Part shown: one piece after another, positions 1 through 11,816 of the stretch | How the letters are laid out: each line of letters starts with the position of its first letter | Numbering within the stretch: position 1 is the stretch's first letter | Assembly: GCA_965247115.1 (NCBI GenBank) | Contig: CBDFGR010000002.1 | Span: 64,001-128,000 of the forward strand | Length of the DNA: 64,000 nucleotides | Origin: Myxococcota bacterium | GTDB lineage: Bacteria; Myxococcota_A; UBA9160; SZUA-336 | Direction of reading: 5' to 3' | Made by a program: the position numbers and the translations under genes | The notes under the pieces: generated by a model | Database searches by the model: none | What the model was told of the DNA's origin: nothing | The model's input: only the letters and a program-made list of their open reading frames with translations

Positions 1-1
1 C

Positions 2-1462
2 GCCGCGGGGATGGGATTCTACCGATCGCTGGGACTTGGAAACGGCACGTTCTTCGCGAAAGAAGTGTTCGGCGAGGACCGACTCGTTACGGGACGTGAG
101 GCGCCCGAGGAATTCGGGAGCAGCGGATGGGCCGATTGGCTCGCACAGACGCCGCTCTCTTCGGTCGCACAGAGGGACATCGCGCGGCTCTACGATGACC
201 GTGCGAATCCGGACTATATGCCTGGACTGTCGGATACGGACAAGAAGGAACGCCTGGCGCGGATCAGTTATCGGGACTTCCTCCTCGATCTCGCCAAGAT
301 TCACCCCGATGTAATTCCATTTTTCGATGACGAGCCGAAGGGTAGCTTCTGCGTGGGCATCGACGGCTATCCGGCGCTCTATGGCTGGGCCCAGGGTTAT
401 CCCGGGTTCCAGGGAATGAACCTCGAGCCCTTTTCCCGGGTGGGTCCGCTAGCGCACATCGGGGGCGGACAACACGGCCTCGAGAGCGAGTGGAACCATG
501 GGCCGAACCTCTACTTTCCGGACGGGAACGCAACCGTAGCCCGGCTCCTGGTTCGGGCCGTGATTCCCGACGCGCTTCCGGGGACGACGCTTGCGGATTC
601 GATCACGTCGCGCCTTGCGTACGACCGGATCGACCGCGAGGGCTCCAACGCCCGGATTCGTCTCAACAGCACGGTGGTATCTGTGCGCCACCTGGGCGAT
701 CCAGATGCGGCCCGCGAGGTCGAAATTACCTATGTGCGGGACGGCAAGGCCGAGAAGGTACGCGCGGATCACTGTGTGATGGCGTGTTACAACGCGGTCA
801 TCCCGCAGCTCGTTCCCGAGCTGTCAGACGCGCAGAGGACGGCGCTCATGTATGGCGTCAAGATGCCCCTCGTCTACACGAGCGTCCTCATCCGTCAGTG
901 GACGGCCTTCACGAATCTGGGCATCTCAGGGGCGAGTGCACCGGGGATGTACCACACCGGCGTGAGGCTCGGCCGGTCCGTGCAGTTCGGTGACTACCGA
1001 CCCTCTAGATCGCCTGACGATCCGATGATTCTGCACATGTCCAGGATGCCTTGCGCGCCTGGACGCCCGAAGAAGGAGCAGCATCGCATCGGGCGAGCGG
1101 ATCTTCTGGCCGCGACCTTTGAGACCTTCGAGCGCAACATCCGGGACCAACTCGGTCGTATCCTGGAGGGCGGAGGGTTCGACCCGACCCGAGACATTGA
1201 AGCGATCACGGTGAATCGCTGGCCCCACGGATACGCCTATAGCTACGACACCTTGAACGATCCGATCGAGTGGGCGTTGTTCGACCCCGACGATCGGCCA
1301 TGCGTGATGGGGAGGCGACGATTCGGTCGGATTTCCATCGCGAACTCCGATGCGGCTGCCTCGACGCACACGGACTCAGCCATCGACGAGGCGCATCGAG
1401 CAACACGAGAGCAGCTCATTGTTCGAAGCCGCAGCCGGCGAAGAGCCTCCAGCACGAACTAG
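2..1462 (+). CDS. Spermidine dehydrogenase-like FAD-dependent oxidoreductase (5'-partial)
   Basis: Frame is open to the window edge. Motifs FPDGNATVARLLV, ITVNRWPHGYAY and GRISIANSDA..TDSAIDEAHRA are typical of SpdH-like flavoproteins. Confidence 0.75.
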   Translation, partial: AAGMGFYRSLGLGNGTFFAKEVFGEDRLVTGREAPEEFGSSGWADWLAQTPLSSVAQRDIARLYDDRANPDYMPGLSDTDKKERLARISYRDFLLDLAKIHPDVIPFFDDEPKGSFCVGIDGYPALYGWAQGYPGFQGMNLEPFSRVGPLAHIGGGQHGLESEWNHGPNLYFPDGNATVARLLVRAVIPDALPGTTLADSITSRLAYDRIDREGSNARIRLNSTVVSVRHLGDPDAAREVEITYVRDGKAEKVRADHCVMACYNAVIPQLVPELSDAQRTALMYGVKMPLVYTSVLIRQWTAFTNLGISGASAPGMYHTGVRLGRSVQFGDYRPSRSPDDPMILHMSRMPCAPGRPKKEQHRIGRADLLAATFETFERNIRDQLGRILEGGGFDPTRDIEAITVNRWPHGYAYSYDTLNDPIEWALFDPDDRPCVMGRRRFGRISIANSDAAASTHTDSAIDEAHRATREQLIVRSRSRRRASSTN

Positions 1463-1501
1463 GTGAACCCGGGGTAGGACCAGAGCGTGTTGGGGGCGGA
1501 C

Positions 1502-1636
1502 ATGTTTGGACTGCCTTTTGCCACGGCTGCGTTGCTTGTCGGATTTCCAATTCTGTGGATCGTCTACACCATTGGATTTCTCATCGTGACCCGCAATTGG
1601 CAAGAGGATTCCACCAGCGAGGATGATCAGGCGTGA
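1502..1636 (+). CDS. 44-aa single-TM small protein, putative symporter accessory subunit
   Basis: Translated by hand: MFGLPFATAALLVGFPILWIVYTIGFLIVTRNWQEDSTSEDDQA. Its TGA overlaps the symporter GTG (GTGA at 1633-1636). Below the ORF-track cutoff. Confidence 0.75.
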   Translation: MFGLPFATAALLVGFPILWIVYTIGFLIVTRNWQEDSTSEDDQA

Positions 1637-3123
1637 ATTCTACGGTCATCCTTTTCCTGATCCTGTATTTCCTGGTTGTGTCAGGCATAGGGGTCTGGGC
1701 GATGCGCGTTGGGGCAGGCCGCAACCTCGAAGGTTACCTCCTTGGTGGCCGCAAGGTGGGACCGCTTGTTACGGCGCTCACACTGCAAAGCACCTCGATG
1801 AGCGGGTACATGTTCCTGGGTGCCGGTGCCCTGGGATTCAGCGAGGGCTATTGGGCCTTGTGGTATGCCGCAGGTGATATCGGCGGCGGGGTACTGAATC
1901 TCTCCATCATCGGCCGGCGTATGCGCAAGTTCTCCGAGTTGATGGGTGCGTTGACCTCTATCGAATACCTGGAAAAACGATATCCATCCCCCGCGATACG
2001 CCTGATAGGTGCCACTCTGACCGTATTCCTGCTCGGAGCCTACGTGCTGGCTCAGTTCATTGCGGGGGGCAAAGGAATGGCGCTGGTCACGGGCATGCCC
2101 TATGCCGCAGCCCTCTTAATCGCTGTCAGCATCATCATGTTGTACACGCTGCTTGGCGGATATCTCGCAGTTGCTTATACGGACTTCTTTCAGAGGGTCA
2201 TCATGCTGATCGGCATGGTCTGGATCGCCACCGCGGCGCTTGCCGAGGTCGGTGGGCTAACCGCAGCTAACCATGCCATAGGTGAATTGGACCCAACGTT
2301 GTTGTCCGCGTGGGGTAAAGATCTAGCGTTCGAAGGCCAGTGGGGCATCGCCATCGGTGCGGTCATGGTTTTCTCGATTGGCAGCATGGGATGGCCTCAT
2401 CTGGTAACACGCCACATGGCAATGACACATCCAACCACCGCGCGCCGTGCCGGCGGATACGCCACCCTTTTTAATCTGCTTTTCGTCTCTGCGCCATACC
2501 TCGTCGGCATCATGGCGCTTGTCATCCTACCGAGTCTGGGGGACCCGGAACTCGCTGTATTCAACGTTGCTGAGAAACTGCTACCACCAGCGATTACCGG
2601 CATAGTCATGGCGGCCATCATGGCGGCGATCATGTCCACGGCAGATTCCCTGTTGTTGCAGACTGGCTCCGTGGCTTCCCGGGATATCTATGAGCGGTTT
2701 ATCAACAGGCGGGCCTCTGAACGGCAAATGGTGTGGATTTCACGCGGCCTGGTATTGGCCATCGGCATCGTCGGTTACACGATTGCCCTGCTGCAGCCAC
2801 CAACCGTCTTCGGAATCGTGGTGTTTGCGACCAGCGTATTGGGCAGCGCATTCCTGCCATCGTACGTCTGCGCTGTATGGTGGCGAAGCGCGAACACACC
2901 GGGCGCGATTGCTTCAATGGTAAGCGGCGCAATCGTCGCCTTTATGTGGGAGCTGCTGGGCCTTGCGAGAACTACCGGCTTACATCCCATGCTCGCAGGA
3001 ATAGTCAGTTCGACCACCGCCATGATTGTGGTCAGTCTTGCAACGCAGCGGGTTGCGCCGGTCCCAGATCACATTGTCGCCACCATGGATGCAGCGGCTA
3101 GACTCGACAATCGCGCGCGGTGA
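1633..3123 (+). CDS. Sodium:solute symporter (PutP/PanF-like)
   Basis: Many TM helices; YLLGGRKVGP, GGYLAVAYTDFFQ and AAIMSTADS motifs. Confidence 0.9.
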   Translation: MNSTVILFLILYFLVVSGIGVWAMRVGAGRNLEGYLLGGRKVGPLVTALTLQSTSMSGYMFLGAGALGFSEGYWALWYAAGDIGGGVLNLSIIGRRMRKFSELMGALTSIEYLEKRYPSPAIRLIGATLTVFLLGAYVLAQFIAGGKGMALVTGMPYAAALLIAVSIIMLYTLLGGYLAVAYTDFFQRVIMLIGMVWIATAALAEVGGLTAANHAIGELDPTLLSAWGKDLAFEGQWGIAIGAVMVFSIGSMGWPHLVTRHMAMTHPTTARRAGGYATLFNLLFVSAPYLVGIMALVILPSLGDPELAVFNVAEKLLPPAITGIVMAAIMAAIMSTADSLLLQTGSVASRDIYERFINRRASERQMVWISRGLVLAIGIVGYTIALLQPPTVFGIVVFATSVLGSAFLPSYVCAVWWRSANTPGAIASMVSGAIVAFMWELLGLARTTGLHPMLAGIVSSTTAMIVVSLATQRVAPVPDHIVATMDAAARLDNRAR

Positions 3124-3155
3124 GGCAACGGCTCTGTGCGGTGTTACTCCGGCTC

Positions 3156-4397
3156 CTAGATCGGAGTCTCGTGGCGCTGGCCGGTCGGATCGATCGTGAC
3201 CCTGCGCGACTTCAGGGGCTTGTCGTTTAGACGATCCAGGGTCCAGTCGGCGATCATGGTGAGCCAGTTCTCGCCCAGCGCTGCGGCCGAGGAGCTGCCG
3301 ATTGCGTGCCGGTCCCCTTGGTATTCGACCAGCTCGCGCGGGCAGGTCATCTTGTCGATCAGCTCGTGCGAGTACTCGATCGGGCTCAACTCGTCGTCTT
3401 CGCCAGCCTGGACCAAGACCGGTGCCGTGATGTCCTGCACGGTTCCGCGCAGGTCGAACTTCTCGACGAAGCGGTCGAACTCATCCTCGTCCTGGTAGCC
3501 ACTCATGTACATGAAGCGCAGCTTGAAGGTGGGCGAAGCCTGGTTGAAGATCACGTTGCCGCCGGGCTCGTGGCAAACGAAGGTCACGGCAACACCCTTG
3601 ATCTTGTCCCCTAGCTCGGCAGCGCCTTGTAGACCGAAGTAGCTACCGAAGCTGAGCCCCCACAACGCGATGCGATCCGGGTCGATGTGGGGCTGCTGTA
3701 CCAGCCAATCGTACACCGCCTTGGTCGATTGGCGGTGGTTGTCGGGGGTGACGTGAATATTGCGAATGCAGCACTCGCCCTGCCCCGGGCCGTCGAACGC
3801 GAAGTTGGCGATGCCCCGCTCCAGGAACTTATCGCCGTACATCGAACACATGATTTCCTTGGAACCGTCCATGCCATCGATGCCGATGACCGCGGGAAAC
3901 TTCTCGCCGGGAGCCGGTTCGTGAGGCAGGTTCAAGTGTCCGGGAAGCGATGAGTCGCCGAACGGCACTTCCGCGGGAACGATCGGGTGGGGGGCGTACT
4001 CGACGTACTTTGCGTAGTTCGCGCGCATGCGATCGTTGTAGTGGATCAGCTTGTCGGTGTTCTCGTAGATCGGCCAGCGCGACTGCGAGTAGAGCAGAGC
4101 GGCGATGAAGTAGCTCTCACGCGCGGCTACCGTGCGCCCCTGGGCGTCGAAGTCCTGGGCCTTCTTTTCACGGCGCGCACCTGCCGCCGCAAACTCACGG
4201 TGGATGTCCGTGAACTTGCGGACCCGATCGCTCACGGTGCGGAAGTCCCCGACTCCCTCGATCCCACACGGGTAGAGGGTGTAGCCGATGCGCGGCTGAT
4301 CCCACTCGAGCCCGTCGGTGCGGATGATCGAATCGATGATCCAGCGCTGCTCTTGCCAGCGCTTCATGAGTCGCTCGGTCTTTGCGTGCATGGCCAC
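3156..4397 (-). CDS. Alpha/beta hydrolase (FrsA / dihydroxypseudooxynicotine hydrolase-like)
   Basis: GMDGSKE, FDGPGQGE, nucleophile elbow GLSFG, C-terminal Asp/His. Confidence 0.75.
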   Translation of the reverse strand: MAMHAKTERLMKRWQEQRWIIDSIIRTDGLEWDQPRIGYTLYPCGIEGVGDFRTVSDRVRKFTDIHREFAAAGARREKKAQDFDAQGRTVAARESYFIAALLYSQSRWPIYENTDKLIHYNDRMRANYAKYVEYAPHPIVPAEVPFGDSSLPGHLNLPHEPAPGEKFPAVIGIDGMDGSKEIMCSMYGDKFLERGIANFAFDGPGQGECCIRNIHVTPDNHRQSTKAVYDWLVQQPHIDPDRIALWGLSFGSYFGLQGAAELGDKIKGVAVTFVCHEPGGNVIFNQASPTFKLRFMYMSGYQDEDEFDRFVEKFDLRGTVQDITAPVLVQAGEDDELSPIEYSHELIDKMTCPRELVEYQGDRHAIGSSSAAALGENWLTMIADWTLDRLNDKPLKSRRVTIDPTGQRHETPI

Positions 4398-4410
4398 GGT
4401 TGCGTTCCTC

Positions 4411-5208
4411 CTAAGAGGTGTAGTCCAGGAAGTTGATCATGCCCGAGTGCGCGGTCATGCCGCCATCCACCGAGTAGGCCATACCGGTGATGAACGATGC
4501 CGCGTCCGACGCCAGAAATAGAATGAGCTCGGCCACCTCTTCGGGCTGTCCCATGCGGCGCAGGGGGTGACAGTCCCCCATCTCCTTGACCAGCTCTTGC
4601 TCTCGATCCCCGCCCAGTAGCTTTGCCACACGCGTCTGAATGGCGCCGGGACAGACGCAGTTCACGCGAATGCCATCGGCCGCTACTTCGAGCGCGGCTG
4701 CCCGTGTCAGATTCACAACGCCGGCCTTTGCCGCGTTATAGGCAGACATGCCGTAGTCGCCCTTCAAGCCGGAAACTGAGCCCGTGTTGACGACCGCTCC
4801 GCCACCCTGCTGGCGCATGATAGGCAGTACGTGCTTCAAGCTCAGAAAGACACTGGTCGTAGTGACCCGGAGCGTCTCATTCCACTCCTCGAGTGTCAGT
4901 TGCTCGAGTGCCTTGGGTAGCCCGAGACCGGCGTTGTTGATCGCGACGTCGAGGCGACCCCAGCGATCGAGGGTCCGTTTGATCATTTCCTGAACACTGT
5001 CGGCGTCGCCGGCGTCGCCCTTCAGCCAGATCGCATCGGCGCCCTGCTCGGTGATCGACTTGCACACCTCCTGCGCACGGCGGCCACTGAGATCGGCCAC
5101 CATCACGTTGGCCCCCTCCCGCGCCAGGCTCCGCGCGGTGGATGCACCGATACCAGAGCCCCCCGCCGTCACGAAGGCCACCTTGTTCTCGAAGCGCATA
5201 GTCACCAC
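4411..5208 (-). CDS. SDR family oxidoreductase
   Basis: TAGGSGIG, NNAG, YNAAK. Confidence 0.9.
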   Translation of the reverse strand: MVTMRFENKVAFVTAGGSGIGASTARSLAREGANVMVADLSGRRAQEVCKSITEQGADAIWLKGDAGDADSVQEMIKRTLDRWGRLDVAINNAGLGLPKALEQLTLEEWNETLRVTTTSVFLSLKHVLPIMRQQGGGAVVNTGSVSGLKGDYGMSAYNAAKAGVVNLTRAAALEVAADGIRVNCVCPGAIQTRVAKLLGGDREQELVKEMGDCHPLRRMGQPEEVAELILFLASDAASFITGMAYSVDGGMTAHSGMINFLDYTS

Positions 5209-5446
5209 CTCCGCCTCCTCGCTAGTTGACCTGAGATGGTAACAGGCAGGCCCTCATCGGTGCTTGGCCGACGCCGTAGACCCCTATCTGGCCGGTGAAA
5301 CCCCCCATGTGATATCTATCCTCCACCGCTCCTACTCGGTGGCGGAGCTCGACTGTTCGGAGAGCTTGATCAGCACAGAGACTTTGCTGAGCCAGGTCGT
5401 CAAGAGTCGTTACCGAAGAAAGCGCGTTTAGACTGGGGGCCGGCTC

Positions 5447-5839
5447 ATGAGAATCAACCTCACCCAAGTCTTTGTCGACGATCAGCAGAAAGCCCTGCGC
5501 TTCTATACCGAAATTCTCGGCTTCGAGAAGAAGGCCGAGATCCCTCTGGGCGAGTTCCTGTGGCTGACGGTCGTTTCTCCTGGCGAACCGAACGGCACCG
5601 AACTTCTTCTTGAGCCCGACAACCACCCGGCTGTGAGACCGTTCAAGAGCGCGCTCGTCGAGGACGGCATCCCCTACGCGTCCTTCGCCGTAGGGGACGT
5701 CCATGCCGAGCACGAACGGCTCTCGGTCAAGCGCGTCCGATTCACGCAACCCCCGCTGGACGTGGGGACGGTCGTCACCGCCGTCTTCGATGACACCTGC
5801 GGCAACCTGATTCAAATCGCAGCTGCGAAGGATGCCTGA
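5447..5839 (+). CDS. VOC/glyoxalase family protein
   Basis: VDDQQKALRFYTEILGF and FDDTCGNLIQI. Confidence 0.9.
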   Translation: MRINLTQVFVDDQQKALRFYTEILGFEKKAEIPLGEFLWLTVVSPGEPNGTELLLEPDNHPAVRPFKSALVEDGIPYASFAVGDVHAEHERLSVKRVRFTQPPLDVGTVVTAVFDDTCGNLIQIAAAKDA

Positions 5840-5841
5840 GT

Positions 5842-6447
5842 GTGAGCAAGCTCTGCTTCAGCTACGCGACCCTCACGACGGCGGGCCCCTGGCTGCGGCA
5901 CGCGCAGGCTTTGCGCAGCGAGCTTCCGTCGCGACTCGGCGAGGGCCGGCTCTACGCGGCCTTCTCCCCGCAGTTCGGGCTGGCGTCGGACCAGCTGGTG
6001 GTGATGACGTCCTGGGACGACCCGGAGGGCGTCGGACCGCGGGTGGAGCGCGAGCTGCGCGCGATCGACGGCATAGAGCGGGTCGAGCAGCACATGGTCG
6101 CTCCCACGGCGCGACCAAAGACGGCCGACCCGCCCACGCGGAAGGGCCTCTACGTACACCGCTGGTTCGACCTGGAGCCGCGCCATGTCGACGAGGCCGT
6201 AGAGCTGTCGGCTGTCGCCTGGGAGAGCTTCGAGCGCACCTTCGAGGTCGAGGTCATCGGCTTCTTCCGCACGTTGGATGGCGGTGCGGACCAGGCGCAG
6301 CTCATGCTGCTGAACTGGTACCCGAGCCTGGCGGCCTGGGAGACGTCGCGCGACTTCGATGCGGACCCGAAGTCCCGGGACCGCTTCATGCGTCGGGCCC
6401 AGCTCTCGCGGCGCACGAGGGCAATTACCACATCGCTCGCATGGTGA
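5842..6447 (+). CDS. Hypothetical protein, NIPSNAP-like dimeric alpha+beta barrel
   Basis: Begins 2 nt after the VOC stop; GC-biased codons; LLNWYPSLAAWETSR resembles NIPSNAP repeats. Confidence 0.6.
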   Translation: MSKLCFSYATLTTAGPWLRHAQALRSELPSRLGEGRLYAAFSPQFGLASDQLVVMTSWDDPEGVGPRVERELRAIDGIERVEQHMVAPTARPKTADPPTRKGLYVHRWFDLEPRHVDEAVELSAVAWESFERTFEVEVIGFFRTLDGGADQAQLMLLNWYPSLAAWETSRDFDADPKSRDRFMRRAQLSRRTRAITTSLAW

Positions 6448-6523
6448 CCGCAGGGAGCGTCTGACCTGCCGAACGCGACCGCGATGGTGGCATGACTCTC
6501 AAGTTGCAAAGGAGGCGATACCG

Positions 6524-7340
6524 ATGGGTTACGAGTTCCTGGAATATGAACGTTTGGACCGGGTCGGGCGCATTACGCTCAATCGGCCGGAGAAGCTCAA
6601 CGCGCTGAGTGCTGGGTTACAGGCAGAGATCGTCGAAGCTGCGAAGGAAGCCGAGGCCGATCCGGACATTCATGCGCTCCTGCTACGCGGTAGGGGCCGC
6701 GCGTTCAGCGCGGGCTATGACATCACACCGACCGCCGAACGCAGCGAGGACCGCGCGAGCGGTACGATTCGCACCGACATCACGCGCATGGAGGAAACGG
6801 TGGCGCGATGGAATACGTTGTGGAATCTGCGTATCCCGACCATCGCCCAGGTGCACGGATACTGCATCGCGGGCGGGACTGATCTCGCACTGCATTGCGA
6901 CATGATCGTGGTGGCGGAGAACGCCAAAATCGGCTTTACACCGGTCCGGGCGATGGGTGCACCGCCGACGCACATGTGGATTTACTCGGTGGGGCCGCAA
7001 TGGGCGAAACGGATGCTTCTGACAGGCGATCTGATTGAGGGAAGCAAGGCATGCGACATCGGCTGGGGCGGTGGACGCCGTACCGGCCGATCAGCTGGAT
7101 GACACCGCGCTTGCACTTGCGAAGCGCATCAGCCACATCGGTAAGGACCTGCTGACCGCCAACAAATACGTCGTCAACAAGGCGATGGAACTGATGGGCC
7201 GCTCGCTATTGCAGCAGATCGCTTTGGAGCACGACGCCATCGCGCACCTTGCACCGGAGGCGCTGGAGTTCGGCCGTATCTCGCAGGAGGAGGGTCTGAG
7301 GGCCGCCCTTGCCTGGCGGGACGGCCCGTTCGAAGAGTGA
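6524..7340 (+). pseudogene. Enoyl-CoA hydratase/isomerase with +1 frameshift (possibly a sequencing error)
   Basis: GGAGG RBS, then MGYEFLEY..LNRPEKLNAL..FSAGYD..GYCIAGG. Removing one G from GGGG at 7065-7068 restores IGWAVDAVPADQLDD and joins the two ORFs. Confidence 0.85.
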
Positions 7341-7400
7341 GCCCGGAGCCGAGAAACCCGCCGACGATCAATTCGGGGATTTTCGCACTTCGAGTTCGGA

Positions 7401-8909
<1,509 letters not shown>

Positions 8910-9005
8910 GGCGTGGACCTCTCAACGAGGGGGATTTCCTCGATTATGCCAGAATCCCTGGGGCATGGATGCTGAGAACGCAGATACCATCTGGGATACC
9001 GGTAC

Positions 9006-9686
9006 CTACTGCAGCGGGGAGTACGGCAGGGGGTTCAGGTAGTAGGTTGACTCCTCGGGGGCAACCTCGCGCAAGGGGCCGCTCAGGTCCCCGGCCCCGA
9101 AGGGATCGCCGGGCCGGTACGACAGGTCGCCGATGCCGCCGTTCAGAATCCAGATGCCGGTGAGCTCGCCGCTCTGGCCGAACTGTGTCTCGTAGGCCGT
9201 AGCGAGCGTGGCCGTGCCCAAACTCTCTACGGTGTCGGCGAGCTGCCCCATCAGGTCGTAGGCTTTCGGCTGACCGCCGGGTGCCAGCTGCAGGATCGCC
9301 TGGACGTACTGCCGAGGCAAAGCGGGCCGATCGGCCAAGGCGGACTCGAGACGCTGCTCCGTCGCATAGGGTACGCCGACCGCAGTCTTCTTGGTCTCGC
9401 CGAGAACCACGCCCGCCTTCTCCAGCTGCTCTGGCAGAACCGTCTGGACGGTGGGATCCATCGCCAGCGACGCCATGGCCCGCTCCATGTCGCCGAGCGA
9501 GTCGAAGCGCAGCAAGAGCAGGTCCTGTCCCGTGGTTCCCCCGGTCCGCTTCCACGCGCCGAGCAGCTCCAGTCCGTGCTCCGCAAGCTTGGGGACGACG
9601 AACTCCCCGTAGAGCTCTACGTAGCGGTCGAAGACGCGGCTCGTGAGCGGGTGCACAGTGTGTACGGCTTCGAGGTAGACCGCCAT
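9006..9686 (-). CDS. NIPSNAP family protein (two-domain)
   Basis: GLELLGAWKRTGG..LLRFDSLGDME pattern; ends LNPLPYSPLQ. Confidence 0.65.
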   Translation of the reverse strand: MAVYLEAVHTVHPLTSRVFDRYVELYGEFVVPKLAEHGLELLGAWKRTGGTTGQDLLLLRFDSLGDMERAMASLAMDPTVQTVLPEQLEKAGVVLGETKKTAVGVPYATEQRLESALADRPALPRQYVQAILQLAPGGQPKAYDLMGQLADTVESLGTATLATAYETQFGQSGELTGIWILNGGIGDLSYRPGDPFGAGDLSGPLREVAPEESTYYLNPLPYSPLQ

Positions 9687-9821
9687 ATCTCTCTCCCCAG
9701 GTGTTCCCCAGCGGGCAAGGCCATCCTAGTCCGAATGCTCGCAGCGTGCGTTGCCTAGCGTTTCTGGCACCGTGTAGGCTGTGGCTGCACCACGCCAATG
9801 GGTCGGACCAGGGAGGTCACC

Positions 9822-10547
9822 GTGTTTTCACTCGAGGGGTTGAACGCATTCATTACCGGGGGAACGGCAGGTATCGGTCTTGCGACCGCACGGCGTTTCC
9901 GGCAGGCCGGCGCCAACGTGGCGATCATCGGCCGCCGGGCCGAGGGCGAATCCATCGCCGCAGGAATGGGCGCAATCTTCATCCGGGCGGACGTCGGCGA
10001 GGAAGAGCAGCTGGCTTCGGCCTTCGCCGAGTCAGGGACTACGCTAGGCAAGCTCGACATCGTGATGAACAACGCGGCCTTTGACAATACGGGGCCGCTG
10101 ATCGACGAATCCGATGCAACCGAGTTCCAGCGCGGCATCGACGTCAACCTGATGTCCGTGTACAACGGGCTCCGGTATGGCCCCCGTCAGATGAACGATG
10201 GCGGATCGATCATCAACATCTCTTCCCTGGCCGCCAAGATGGGCCCGCCGGGTTACTCCCAGTATTCCGCGATCAAGGCGGCAGTGTGCAGTTTGAGCCT
10301 GACTGCAGCATTGGAGCTGGCAGACCGCGGTATTCGTGTCAACTCAGTCTTGCCAGGATCCGTCTGGTCCGAAATGCTGCCCAAGGATCACTGGGAGGTA
10401 GCCGCTACCGAGGAGCATGCGCCGCTGGGCCGTGTCGGCGAGGCCGAAGAAGTAGCAGCGCTGTGCCATTTTCTGGCCTCACCCGACTGCCGCTACATCA
10501 CGGGGCAGGCCATCGTGATCGATGGCGGAGTCTCGAGGGGGTGGTAG
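9822..10547 (+). CDS. SDR family oxidoreductase
   Basis: GGAGG RBS before GTG 9822; TGGTAGIG, NNAA, YSAIK. Confidence 0.9.
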   Translation: MFSLEGLNAFITGGTAGIGLATARRFRQAGANVAIIGRRAEGESIAAGMGAIFIRADVGEEEQLASAFAESGTTLGKLDIVMNNAAFDNTGPLIDESDATEFQRGIDVNLMSVYNGLRYGPRQMNDGGSIINISSLAAKMGPPGYSQYSAIKAAVCSLSLTAALELADRGIRVNSVLPGSVWSEMLPKDHWEVAATEEHAPLGRVGEAEEVAALCHFLASPDCRYITGQAIVIDGGVSRGW

Positions 10548-10572
10548 GGCGACACCATGGCGATGTCTCGGT

Positions 10573-11748
10573 TCACTCGATCCTATAAGCCAACGCAGCG
10601 TTCTCGCTGCAGATCTGACGGCGCGCCGTGGCGGAGAGCGGAGCCACGAGCTGCTTGAGCGCCGAGATGTAATCGGGGCTGTGGTCGGGGTGGGGGAAGT
10701 CCGAAGCCCAGAAGAAACGATCGGCTCCTACGAAGTCAATGATGTACTTGAGCGATTTTTCGTCCGGGTCGGCCGAGATCCAGCACTGTCGGCGAAAATA
10801 GTAGCTGGGCGGCTCTTTGAGCGGGATCGGAGCAACCGCACTGTGAAGAACCGCATCCATCCGATCCAGCAGATAGCCGATCCAGCCGGCCTGGGATTCG
10901 AGCACGATCACCTTGACCTTCGGGAAGCGGTCGAAGAGCCCATGCCAGAAGAGCGCGACGAAGCCCTGGATGATGGCCTGGGTCACTATCACGTCGAAGT
11001 ACCAGCTGAAATCGATCGGCTCCCTCGGCACGACCTCTTCAAATCGCCCATGGACCCCGTAGTTGTTGAAGCTGAACGGCTCAAAAGCCGGATGCAACGC
11101 GATCGGAACGTCGAGATCCTGCGCCGTAGCCCACAGAAGATCGTAGCCCGGATGACCGTGAGACTTGCGGTCCCAGGTAAAGGGCGGCAAAAATGCGCCC
11201 TTGGCACCCGCGTGGATCGCACGCTCCAGTTCCTTGGCCGCTTCGTTGACGTCGGTGAGCGAGATGTGCGCGATCGGAACCAATCGACCCCCGGAATCTG
11301 AACAAAAATCGACGATCCAACGGTTGTAGGCCCGACAGTAGGCCGCGGAAATCTCCGCGTCCGAGACTTCAGCTTCCCAAGTCAATCCGACGGTCGGATA
11401 CAGGATTGCCTTTGCAAGACCCTCGCGATCGAGCCGCTCGACCCGTTCTTTCGGGTCCATCGATCCGGGAGGCGCATCTCCGACGTAGGTGCGGTTTGGA
11501 CCTGGCTCCATATCGGACTGACCCATTGCACCCATCAGGGCCGGGAAGCCGGGTACCATGTTTTTGGATTTCTTGCCGTCGAATTCGAAGTACTCCAAGC
11601 CCTGGTCGTCCTTGCGAACACGAATCGCGCGATCACGATAGCGAGGCTCGAGATAGGTCTCCCAGAGGTCCGGGGGCTCCAGGATGTGACCATCAGCGTC
11701 AATCGCACCCGTGATGTCGACATCACCGTTCTCTGAAGTAACTGACAT
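10573..11748 (-). CDS. Amidohydrolase family protein (Amidohydro_2)
   Basis: IDADGHILEP, CRAYNRWIVDFC, WASDFPHPD; AAGGAGG RBS before ATG 11748. Confidence 0.9.
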   Translation of the reverse strand: MSVTSENGDVDITGAIDADGHILEPPDLWETYLEPRYRDRAIRVRKDDQGLEYFEFDGKKSKNMVPGFPALMGAMGQSDMEPGPNRTYVGDAPPGSMDPKERVERLDREGLAKAILYPTVGLTWEAEVSDAEISAAYCRAYNRWIVDFCSDSGGRLVPIAHISLTDVNEAAKELERAIHAGAKGAFLPPFTWDRKSHGHPGYDLLWATAQDLDVPIALHPAFEPFSFNNYGVHGRFEEVVPREPIDFSWYFDVIVTQAIIQGFVALFWHGLFDRFPKVKVIVLESQAGWIGYLLDRMDAVLHSAVAPIPLKEPPSYYFRRQCWISADPDEKSLKYIIDFVGADRFFWASDFPHPDHSPDYISALKQLVAPLSATARRQICSENAALAYRIE

Positions 11749-11816
11749 AAGAACCTCCTTCAATTCAGCGGTCCCGACCCGAATGCGCCTCGACGCAACG
11801 TCTTGAGTTTTTGAAC

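Noticed and set aside
5370..5390. TCAGCA-N9-TGCTGA inverted repeat between divergent genes
   Set aside because: 6-bp arms are too short to support a call and no regulator is adjacent.
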